This document shows positions 13,290-24,723 of a stretch of DNA of 64,000 nucleotides, piece after piece. Each line of letters starts with the position of its first letter. Position 1 is the stretch's first letter. The stretch is from assembly GCA_015680685.1 (NCBI GenBank), contig MNCI01002585.1, positions 452,105 through 516,104 on the forward strand. Direction: 5' to 3'. Under the pieces are notes generated by a model that saw only the letters and a program-made list of their open reading frames with translations, made no database searches and was not told where the DNA came from. This DNA is from Gnetum montanum (lineage: Eukaryota; Plantae; Gnetophyta). A program made the position numbers and the translations under genes.

Positions 13290-16200
13290 AAGTTACAAAA
13301 TGGTTTCACCTATTAAATATTGATGAGAATAAGATTTTGTGGGTTTGTTCGGTGGTAAATTTATATGACATTGGTATGTATCATGAATGATATAAGGTCC
13401 CTCTCATAGAGTTTGGAACTTGGTCTTTTGTGGAACATGATTGAGGTTACAGTAAAGGATTTCAACACTATGTTTGATGGATACTTGTATTATTTTGATG
13501 TCATGTATACATTTGAAGTATTTCTTGTGAACTTTATTACTCATTTGAGCTACTGGTCAATTCTCATCTAAGAGATTCAGATTCATTAGATGTTATTTTT
13601 GAGCTAAGTTTAGATCTAGGTCAAGCATACTAACAATTAGAAGGGTATTTAGTTCTACTTGGATGAGTAAAGTAGGCAATTTATCATAAACTAACTCATA
13701 TGGTGAATATCCTATAAGAAGTTTCTAGGTTGATCTATATGCCCATAGAGCATCATTAAGTTTAGTGCACTAGTTCTTATATCGACTAAAAATTCTAGTA
13801 AATATTCTTGTGATGTCTCTATTAGTCACTTTGGCTTAACCATTTGGTTGGGGGTGATATGATGTAGTTAATTTGTGATTAACCCCAAGTCGTTGCATTA
13901 GCTTTTTAGATGTAGTTCCTATAAAGTGAGTTCTATTATATGATATTAGCATGCATGGTACTCTGAATCTATTCATCACATGTTGTTGGAAGAATTTGGC
14001 AACTATTGTGGCCATGCAATTTTTGATTGCAGCTAATTATACCCATTTTGTGCAATAATCAATGGTTACTATGATATAGGACTTCCCATTCAACATTGGC
14101 ATGATGGGTCTCATAAAGTTAATTCCCCAAATGTCAACAGGTTCCAATGGTTGTATCCACTATTATGATCCTTTATTTTGGGCCATTAGTCCTTCATCTT
14201 TTTGGCATCTCTTAAAAGATTGTACAAATTGGTGTGTGTCCCTAAATATGGTGGGATAGAAGTAGATTTCCATCATTAATTTTAGCACTATTCATCATCC
14301 CACATGGTGACCACCACATGGTTCTTCATTTACATCTTGTAGGGCTCTTTGTTAACTTTCTTCTGGAACATACCATCTTATCATCCGATTAATACATATT
14401 TTGTAGAGGTTTCCATTAATTTCCATATATCTTTTTACTCTTTAGAGAAATTATTCTTTTTGTTTTTTATTCCATTTAATAGGAAGTTCTTATTTAGTAA
14501 GATATGTCATATAATTAGTAATGCATGACTCCAATGTTGAATCTACAACCATTGTTATTTTTGTGAATAAATTTCTTTAGGAAATTGATCTAACATCGGT
14601 TCATCATTTTCCTAAGGTTTCCATCTTAATCTTGATAAGTGATCAACTACAACATTTTTTGTTCCTTTTTTATCAATCATTATGATGTAAAATTCTTGCA
14701 AGATAACAAGTAATCTTATCACTCTTAGACTTACTGCTGGTTTATTCATCAAAAACTTGATAGCACTATGATAAGTATGAACATAGATATGGTGCTTGAG
14801 CACATTATATCTAAATTTTTTAGGCATGCACACCATATTCATAAGCTCATTTTCTATGCTGGTGTAATTGAGTTGTACCATGGTGATGCTTCAATTAGTG
14901 TAGTGTATATAATAAGGTCATTTCTAATCATTAAGTTGAGTCAGTACTATTTCCAATGCATAATTTGAAGCATCTGCCATAATGTAAAAAGGTTTGGACC
15001 AATCTAGAGCTTGAAGGATTAGTGTCTCAATCCATTTCTATTTTATAGTCTTAAATACTTTCTCACGTTATTCTATCCATTGAAACGGTGTACCTTTCTT
15101 TGTTAATTTCACTAGTGATTTTGTGATCTTTGAAAAGTTTTTAATAAATCTCCTATAATATCTTGTATGACCAAGAATAACATCTTTGATAGTTTGTAGC
15201 CTTTGAGTGGTATTTTGAATGACTCTAATCTTTTCTAAATCTATCTCTATTTCTTTCTAAGATACTTTATGTCCTAGAACTATGACATCTTGAACCATTA
15301 AATTACTTCTTTGCCAATTAAGATTTAAATTAGTTTCAACACATCCTTAAAAAATTGTTGTATGAAATACATGGAACTTTGTGTCCCTAGATAATTTTGG
15401 CTTTATCATCCTTAAAAATTTCAAAGGACATGTTTCTAATTCCAAGCTTAGCATCCACATTGTTAAGCCATGCTCTTACCATGATTATGGGGAATTCTCC
15501 TTTGTTTTTTCCCACATGTATAACTAGAAAATTAGTAGGATAAAACCAACTACTTATAGTGGTAATTACATTTTCCACCTGTCCAAGTGAAACAACAATT
15601 GACTGATCTACAAGCTCTAGTTGAATGTTTCTCTTTTTCAGCAGGGGAAGATTCCAAGCATTGTACATATCTTGTAAAATAAGGTTTACTTCTAATCCAG
15701 AATCTAATAGAGCCTTACATGGTTTATGTTTTGCTATTTGGAGATAGACTAAGGGACTTCTAGGATATATTCTCTTCTTAGGAAGTGCCCCTGCTTTAAT
15801 CGAATGCATTATTGTTTGTGTAAGCATGATAGTTATTTGGTTCTTTTTTGCAGATGTCAAAAACATAGTGTTTCCTTGAGGGTTATATGTGGATGGAATA
15901 AAGTTAGGTGAAGTTTCCATCCTTTGAATCATTTTTGGACTTTCACTAAAGAAGGGATGTTTCTTGGCTCTTTTTTCACTTATCATCACTTCCTCTCATG
16001 TAATGATTGCCTTGGTAGCACTCTTTTGGTATGGCTATGTTGGTAGTTCCCCTTATATGACTAGTGGTAGTACCAATGGTAAAGTATTTGAAGCTTGTAT
16101 TGAAGGGCCAGCTATTAGTTAGGATATGTAAGAGTTTAGATCCATGTGGGAGGTAGTTGATCTATGATACTCCAGTGGATTATAGTATGAGGAAGTATAA

Positions 16201-17400
16201 AGAAAAGTATTCCTAGGAGATATCAAATGTTGAATGTAGTATCCATAGGGATTAGGTTGTTTGTATGGATATTGTTGTCTTAATGGTGACATTTCCCATG
16301 TTTGTGGTTGTTGCCTCTACTACTAATATTTCTCTTGTAGTTAAGCATAAGCCCTACTTGAATAGTATGATGGCTAGTAGGACTTTTAAAAATTACCTTG
16401 TGGATAAGGTAACCATGTTGGCAATTTTTTCTTGACAAATTTCAAATTAAGCACATATGCCTTGGACTCTTACTGGTGGGCCATAATATGGCAACATCCC
16501 TTAGGATGTTCTTATTGGCATACTTTACATTCTTCATCATCTTCTGAATTGGAGTCCATTATTTCCTCCACTATAATATCTTTTTCTTTATTCTTGTAGT
16601 TTTCTAGTCCATCGTCTCTTCTTTTCTTCTTGTCTTTGCTTATGTTTAGGGCTTGTTCATTCTTTTCCTCTACTGTCTTTACTATTGGAGCAAATTTTTC
16701 ATCTACTGAATCCAACATTTTTTCTCCCTTTTTTGCAATATCATTAACTAATTTCTAGATTGGTAGAGTCTTTTGTTGAATCATATCTTCCAAAGTTTAT
16801 TCTTCTTGTGATTCACATATTCTTACATATCTTTTCCTTATTATTGGATCTCTATTGTGTTCTTCTCTTGATTCTCTTTTTCTTAGCTCTTCTTCTTTTT
16901 TTACCACTTGGTCAATGAGTTTTTAAATTTGATGAGCTATTATTTCAGATAATCTACCTTGGGCATATACCCTAAGAGTTTCTCTTGTCTTGTTTCTTAG
17001 CCCATAAATTAAGTGTTAGAGTCATTCCCTTTGTGAAAATCCATGGCCTAGGCATCTATGCAATAAGAAATAGTACCTATCCAGTATGGCATCAAGGGAT
17101 TCATATGTTCCTTGTTTCGATCCTTGGATTTTTTTCTCAAATTGGACACTCTATAGTAGGTTTGATACTTGTCATTTTAGAGCTCTAGTGTGGTACTGCA
17201 TCTTCAAATTAATTCCAATTCTAAGTATCTATACTAGCTCTCTACTTCTTTTATGAGTGTTCTAGAAAATAATTTCAACTTCTACTAATCATTTTCAATA
17301 TTTTACAAGGCATAAGCACTGTGGAAGACTTGGAGGTGGTGTTGTGGATCTTTGTTATATATGCCTTTAAATTTGGGAATATTGGTCATATCTAGTCACT
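13290..17400 (-). pseudogene. gag-pol remnant of Athila-like A
   Basis: ORFs 16512-16718 (gag), 15387-15989 (protease), 14612-14881 (RNase H); integrase motifs at ~13700-14330. The protease-adjacent sequence joins the RT C-terminal part at ~15355. Confidence 0.85.
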
Positions 17401-18504
17401 TGATGTGACTATCTCTTATGTACTTGGTACGAATGTATATGGCTTTCGTGATGTTGATCATGTTTTGAGAAGCTAGGAGAGGTTCTTTGTAGCCTTTGAG
17501 TTTAGTAGCTCTACTATAGTGATTACCCCTCTGATGCTCATACTGTTCTTTCTCTTCATGCTTGATCCTTCCTCTTCATTCATTATGATTATCTTCTTCT
17601 TCATCAGGATGCCTTCTTCGATATGCATATCTCTCATGGTATCTTCATCTTTCCTCATCATGATTCCTTAGTCTTTGTTCTCTGTTGGTAGCATCTATAA
17701 ATAAATGTGAGGCAAAAGATGAAGTATTTGTAGAATAGTGCCAATTGATTCTCTTCCTGTGAATCTTTGATTTGTCCCATTTAAATTTAATGGAGGTCTT
17801 AGGCCTTGAATTCCTCCTAACTTTAGAGTTTCCCTTATATTTTCTAGGGGTTTTTGCAAGAAATGAATGCAATTTTATCTTAATAGGATCTTAAATGTAA
17901 ATTATTAGTGTTTGAGAATGGGATCCATGAGTTTGATAAAATTTCTCAGTTTGAATATAACATCTTCTTTTTCTTTCAGGACAACTATTTAAGGTGCTTT
18001 CTTTTCCTTGTCATGCTCATGTCTTGTCTCCATGAAAACATTCCTTCTTGCCTAAGCCTCCATTGTATGGTATGGACTAGTCATGTGTTTGGTAATGTGG
18101 TACCCCTCTTATACATGGCTAAGGTTTAACCTCATAAGAGTTGCTTGAAGCATTGATGGTGTTGAATTTTTTGGTAAAAAGACAATGTTGTCCTATAAAT
18201 TCCTCCATCCAAGTTATTTATCGTAGTAAAAAAACAAATGTAAAATCAGGATAGTAAGGATCAATGTAAGCATAAAAATTCTAGTTTGCATTGATGCACT
18301 CCAATCTCCTTCATTATAATCCTTGTCATGACTTTTATTAAATTTAGTAGTAGGTGGAGATTTTTCCTTAGTTATAGATGTCATATTACTGTTTGACACT
18401 TGAGTTTGTACTTTTAAGAAATTTTTTTAAGTGTAAGAAATATACTTGATGATACTTAATACAACAAACTTTGTACAATTAACTACTAAGCAAACATTAA
18501 CAGA

Positions 18505-18522
18505 TCCCTAGTAATGGTGCCA
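18505..18522 (-). promoter_or_regulatory. PBS of Athila-like A (decayed tRNA-Asp-type)
   Basis: Minus TGGCACCATTACTAGGGA differs from the Athila-type TGGCGCCGTTGCCGGGGA only by transitions. Confidence 0.75.
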
Positions 18523-18523
18523 A

Positions 18524-19800
18524 CGATGAGTAGTTGGATATTCTAACACTCAACCATATAAGTTACAAGTGTTCACATGCAACCTTATCATAATTTGTAG
18601 ATGCATAATGCAAATATACTTGTAGTTGATGTTCTCTTTGCAATTGTTATTTTCTCATGTATAGTGAGCAAAATGCAAGTTGTATGGTTTAACTCGGATT
18701 AAGACTAAGTGCTATCATGGTAAAAAGAATGATAAAGTCTAAGTCTAAGTGTGATAGAAATGTAAATCTATTCTAGCCTGTGGCTATAAGTATTTATTCT
18801 TGGCTTGCCATACACATCCTAGGCCAATGTAATTACTATTGGGATTACCAAGTGAATTCACTACTAAGCAAATTAAGTGAAGCCATTGTTGGGTTATCAA
18901 GTAGTTACATGTTTTGCTTGAAATCATTTGTCCTTATACTACCTCACTCAATGACATTAGAAAAATAAAATAATTAGAAAATATAAAGGATTTCATTAAA
19001 GTAAACATGCTAAAAATTAAAATTAAACTAAGTGAGATGCTAAAATGATGAGCAATAATCTTGATATTTATTGCCAATCATGAATTGTGTCTATGAAAAA
19101 TTCACTCTAATAAAGACTCTATACAACTATTAATTACCACACTTTAGGAATTCACTTTAACTCTAAGTCTATGTTATGAAAATAAGCTGCAACAATATGG
19201 CCAAGTGTTGGGCAAAGTTCTTTCGACATAATGGAGGGTTGATATTTATAAGCATGATCATGGTCCACTATATTGTAACTATGATAACATGTAGGGCTAT
19301 GATGTCATAACTACGATATCGTAGATACGATATCGTAAGCAACATAAAAAAGGTTTTATTAGTAGGTTTCATCTTCATTCTTTATATGGATAGATCTCAC
19401 CTTCACCAACTTCTTTGCAACTTTGGTTTTCATCATTCAAAATTTTTATGAATGATGTTTCTATCCTTATTCATCAATGTTTATAATTGGTAAGTGGATT
19501 TAATTCACACACATTCTCTTGATGTGTTTTATCTACTTTTAGACTTAGGATTGGTAGCATGAATTGTTGCTTTTAATGTGCATGCTTTTCTTAGCTCTAA
19601 TGTATGTTTTCTAAGATATACTTCTTTCATCATCATCAACATGCAAGTTCCATGCTTCATTTAGGCATGATTTACTCCTATGTGACTTGGATTTCATGTT
19701 TTAATCTTTACACAGATGATATCTTATGTTTTCTCCATTACACAAATTGTAATACTTCATATTTTAACACTTACTTCAATATGATTTTGGGGTCTTATCA
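18524..19800 (-). repeat. 5' LTR of Athila-like A
   Basis: Adjoins the PBS, its end resembles 58619-58680 of element B, and it contains GATATCGT repeats at 19312-19340. Confidence 0.7.
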
Positions 19801-21590
19801 ATCTTGAATGATTATAACCTTTTGTTTTGTGGATGCATCCTTTATTTAATTGGCTTTGTGAAAAATATTGATTTTAAGATCAATAGTTGGAACATTTTAA
19901 TATGATATGTTCAACACTTCCCTTCAATCTTAAAATGGGTAATTTTACCATGTTTATGATTCTTTCTTTACTAGGTTTTAAAATTATTATAGTGAGTGTT
20001 TACTTATGTTTAAATTTAGTGCATGATGGCAAGGTACTTGTGTTGGCTAGACATGAGTAATTTAAACCATCTAACATCCCCAATTCAATCATAAAAGATT
20101 TTAAGACCATCTCCTTGGTGTTATACATAGATTGTTACTCATGGAGAACATGGCTTTTTCATCATACTAAATATTTACAACTAAATAAGACTCTCTATAT
20201 AATTATAATAAAAGTAACACATATTAAACCATTTTCCATTAGTTTTATTCATTAATATAAAATTTGTTTTCCTCAAAATAGACATGAACAACTATGTTTT
20301 GGACCGTTCTTTGATTTAATGTTTGAATAGTCTTACAAAAATTGTGATCATTTTTCTTGAGATACTTCAAGGAGATTCAAATCTTAATGGACAACTTTTG
20401 CTAAAATAATTTTGACTATTTTTTAATTAACAATATTTTTCACAAATAAAATACTTTATTCCAAAATAAATACTAGCGACTCAAAGTGTACATTCAAGTA
20501 TGACTTAACACTGCTAGTAGCCAATAGTTCTAAGGAATTATCAATAAGGACATTAGTGATATTATGTTTTAGCTACTCAGATTACAAAGATGATTTTGGA
20601 TTTATATTGATCTATATTTCATTGTATTTCTCAAATATTCAACTTCCTTTGTTCCTTTGCCACTATTGTAGCAATTGCTTAATGTCTTCAATTATTTTAC
20701 TAATCTTGTATTATTTTTTCATGTTTTTGTCGATTTTGTTCCTAAGCTTCTATGCCTTAAATTTCAATCTACTATTTTTTCTCATAGAGATTTAGATTAT
20801 TTTCATTATTTATTTTTTATTTTGAACAACTTAATCTCTTCATCTCTTTATTCCATTGCTTTTTGTAGTATGAAGGCTATTTCTGCATTTTTTGCATATG
20901 GATCATGTAATATATGCTTTCCACAACTTTTTCCATATGTACATATCCTATCATAGTATTAGTTATGGGGTTTTCAACATATCAACCTTTCCAATATTTT
21001 AGGGTCTTTTCTGATCATCAAATGCATCTCCCTAGGCTTTCCTATTATTATCTTATTCCAATTTCTTCTTAGCATCTAGCTTTTTTAAATAATAAATAAT
21101 GGGGAAATAAGAGAAACTAAGATATTTTTAACAAAATTTTTGCTTTTGTAGTAGGAATCATTTCAACAAGTAGTTTAGCCTTCTTTTAGCTACTACTATC
21201 TTCTATCCCAACATCTCTTTCTATATTTAATGCATCTTCTATTTTCTTAACCTCTAAGCTTGCTTCTCATTGTCAATAGGACTTGGGATTTTTTTCTCTT
21301 TTTATTTTATTTTATATGGACTTCTTCTAATACTAGTTCACTAGATGCCTTGATCTTCTTCAACCTTATTTACTAAAAGTGATTGGTTCTTTTCATACAA
21401 CATCTTTAGAAATAACTTTAATTTATTTCTCCTTGTCCTTAATATCATGCAACTTTATTTTTTAAACCTTATTCATTATCCTTTTTCATATCATTATTTT
21501 ATAAATGTTCTTCAATTTTAACTATATTTTTTGGTGTTTCCTCGTATTGCATTTCAATTTCCTAATAATCAATGAAATTAGACTACAATA
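19801..21590 (-). mobile_element. Highly decayed Ty1/Copia-like remnant
   Basis: Minus GATTGAAGGGAAG-TGTTGAA at ~19911-19930 resembles a Copia PPT/LTR junction. A zinc-knuckle-like NCYNSGKG lies near 20655-20680. Confidence 0.4.
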
Positions 21591-21615
21591 GAGGGCTTGA
21601 TTGGGGGGGGGGGGN

Positions 21616-23212
21616 CGGGTTTTTGGCCGCGGACAGTCTTGACCCCATCTCCATGAGAGGGCCATGCTAGATGGGATGGAAACAGGGTCCCTTGAACGGT
21701 CTAGTTGATCAGATAGGGACTTAGTTGGTGTCTATATAACCTTTTGCAATGTGTTATTTAAAAATGATGCTAATAGCATGAAGTAATGCTTAAATGTAAA
21801 AGAAATGGAAAACAATGTAAAGTGCAATAGTAAATAGGAAATAATGTAAACTGCAGTTAGAAAAATGCACCACTTCGAAGCTATGGCCTCGCTCTATCAA
21901 GATGGATACAATTAGTTGCATAGCACTAGGAAGTGTAGAAATCCCGAGAGTAACCAATACGTGTAGAACGAGACGGCTATGTGCTTGAACGCGGGCTCAG
22001 TTGTCAATAATGCAAAGTACTACTAAGGTGGTAGAGAAGAATAGAATAGAATGCCAACTAAAAATGCTAACTATTTGCAGTGTCAAACAGAAAGCTTACA
22101 ATGCTTGAGATTATAATGCCAACTTTTTTCTTGTCAACCAACTAGACTATTAGCCCACCAGATTGCCGAGAAAATAGACTAGGGACTGAAAAGCCTTGAA
22201 GAAGGGGGATGCCAAAAGTGCGAAAAGTCAGAGTGTACCAATGCCCAAGCGAGCCAGAAAGAGCGAGAGAGAGCCCGAGAGAGAGAGAGAGAGCCAGAGT
22301 TTAAGCATCGCTCATTGGGGTATTTATAGGACCAAGGGCACGTGAAAGATGCAATTTGAACACGACGTGCCTTAGGCCTATGCTGACTTGTTTATGATGT
22401 ACGTGCCTACATGACCGTTGGGTGACCTTGCCACATCGTAATTACAAACCTGCCATGCTGTAATTATGCTATCAGAGCAACGGTGTAATTAGGTGAGGTG
22501 CATTAATGTCACGTAACTGCTTGCCACGCCTTGCCATGCTTTGTAACGTAGCATGTTTGGCGTAGTGTGGTATTTTGTCACGTTGTGCTACGCTACATAG
22601 CATAGCGTAGTGTAGTTGTTAGTTTGAAGCAAAAAATTTGCGTTGTGTCTCACTGCATGTGTTGGGAACCTTCGCAGTGTTGTGGCTGCTTATTGTAGAT
22701 TTTCTATGCTATGCTATGCTACGTAGTATATTATAGCATAGCAATTGTCCTTAGCCGCAAAAATGTTGCCAATCTGCAAACTTTGTCTTTTGCACTGCAA
22801 AGTTTGTGAACTTGTTGATCTCACCCTTTGAGATGCCTTCTGTCAACTTCTGCAAAATTGTAGCTTAGCGTAGTGTATCAGCAAACACGACTTGATTTTG
22901 GCCAAGTTCGCCGTTTTCTGATGGAAGAAGACATTGTTGAAGGACTTAGAGTCGGGCAAAGGGGTTGACTGTCTAGCTTTTGCTACACTGTGCTACACAG
23001 CGTAGCGTAGCACTGTGCTTCTGCAACCATCTTCTAAAGTTTGCTACATTACATGGCGTAGCGTAGCATAGCAAGACTCCTGGACTTAGAAAACTTGCTG
23101 AAGCGGATAGTCTGAAGATCAAAGCATCCATCTCCTGAAGAACTACCATAACGCTTCATGAATTGCAAAGACCTAGTGAAGCAAGTGTGCCTTTGAATTT
23201 TGGGATGTTTCA
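21616..23212 (-). repeat. 3' LTR of copy 2 (outer ~40 bp lost at gap)
   Basis: Colinear with 38385-39978. The minus strand starts TGAAACATCCC. Contains minus CCTATAAATA at 22321-22330 and a (GA)n tract at ~22260-22295. Confidence 0.95.
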
Positions 23213-23227
23213 TTGGCTCCTCTTTGT
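23213..23227 (-). promoter_or_regulatory. Polypurine tract of copy 2
   Basis: Minus ACAAAGAGGAGCCAA immediately precedes the TG of the 3' LTR. Confidence 0.75.
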
Positions 23228-24271
23228 CAACATCTGAAGGACGGGCTCGAGAGACGTTGACAAAAAAAATGAAACACCATGGAAGGCCCGATGCTAATGT
23301 TGCCGCTTAGTAATCGCCGAGACGTCGCTTAGCTATGCTTGAGAGTGAAAGAGTGAAGCAGGGAGGAAGGAGGTTCAGGAGAAGGGTAAAGATGATGTTT
23401 AGAAAAGTCCCTCATCGGAGTGCTCATGAGGGACTTGTTTGCGTTTTCATCTTTTCCTTCGCTGGCCTTCGACCCTCTGTAGGACAGGTGTTCCTTTTCT
23501 AGGATGAGTTGCATTACATCCAAGGGGTTTTAACCTACCTATAGATGCTTCCCATGCAGCGAGCTGTGTTACACACATCATGGAACTTGCAACCCTAAAG
23601 TAGCCAAGCTAGTCGAGGCCTCACTTCGCGACGTTGTAGCATTTGCTGCCATGGCGAGTTGTACTCTCAGTCACACCCTATAAGTACAATGGAGAGCAAG
23701 ATGCAAAGCGAGGGTAGGAGTCTTGCTTGCTACAGATGTTGTCAAAGCTCTTGGACATCCATGCTGGTGCACGGTGTCCAAAGTAGGAAGACCAGTAGTG
23801 GCCTTGGCAGCACCGACGTGGAGGAGCTGGCCTCGAAGGCATCGTGAGTTGTGAGTGCAGATGCTCTGGAATCCTTGCCAAAGGCATGCATTCTTAGTTC
23901 AGCTATATGATCAGCTATCACATAGCTAAATGCTGTGTGAGCCCAGGCGTTAGCAGGGGGCTGGAGGATGACAATGTTGTGGCTGGGCCACAATACTGCT
24001 AGAACTCTAGCTGCGGGCATTGGCCAGGGAGCTACCGTCAGGGCGATGGGCCGTGGCAACGATAGGTCCAGAGGGCTAGTGCAATGTCGTACGACATCTC
24101 CGAAGGGTCAACACAATGCCAAGGGTGGTAGCATCGTGTACGTTCTAGAGCATGTCCCCATTGCATCTTGGACTGCGTTCTGGAGCTGCAATGTCCCACC
24201 CACGCATCAGCACTACGCATGCTCATTCGATGTGTACTTGGCGTAGATGCACGCTAGGGACATGATGTGAA

Positions 24272-24720
24272 CCCAGTTTAAGGTCTTGGTAGACCGTGTG
24301 CTAATTTAGATTCGTAGTGGATTGCTATGTTGGTTTAAGGTCCCAACAGACTGTACATGTTAGTTTAATGTCATAGTAGACGCGTTATGCCAGTTTATAG
24401 TCATAGCGGACTAGCTGTGTTGGTTTTACATCGTAGCGGACAATTGCTGCCAGTTTAACATCGTAGCAGACGATGCTTGTCATGGCTATTGCTAGTTTAA
24501 CGTCGTAGCGGACTCTGCTTGATGCCGCTAGTTTAACGTCATTACGGACGCTGCTCGATGCTATTGCCAGTTTAACATCGTAGTGGACGCTACTTGATGC
24601 CGCTAGTTTAACGTCATTACGGACGCTACTCAATGCTATTGCCAGTTTAACGTTGTAGCGGATGGTGCTTGTTGAAATTGCCAGTTTAACGTCATAGCAG
24701 ACGATGCTCGATGCTGTCAT
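24272..24720. repeat. 13-unit tandem array (28-42 bp) with core GCYRGTTTAA-NGTC-N6-GACN just after the integrase stop
   Basis: Units read directly, e.g. gctagtttaacgtcattacggacg and ccagtttaaggtcttggtagacc. Confidence 0.9.
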
Positions 24721-24723
24721 GCC

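Larger units (their letters stand above)
11300..19800 (-). mobile_element. Athila-like Ty3/Gypsy element A (decayed; RT N-terminus deleted; 3' LTR not recognised)
   Basis: 5' LTR at 18524-19800 starts TGATAAGACC on minus, and the PBS reads TGGCACCATTACTAGGGA. Gag, protease (KALLDSGLEVNLI), RNase H (DASNYA; KKGTKNVVVDHLSRL) and integrase (SYHPQPNG) remnants are present. The PPT-side motif CCCCCATGACTAA at ~11307 is shared with element B. Confidence 0.85.

Noticed and set aside
21603-21615. Poly-G run as a G-quadruplex or PPT
   Set aside because: It abuts an N and truncates the LTR; probably a sequencing or assembly break.
24385-24720. 111-aa repetitive ORF (VRYDVKLA)n
   Set aside because: A by-product of the tandem array; conservation fits a nucleotide hairpin better than a protein.
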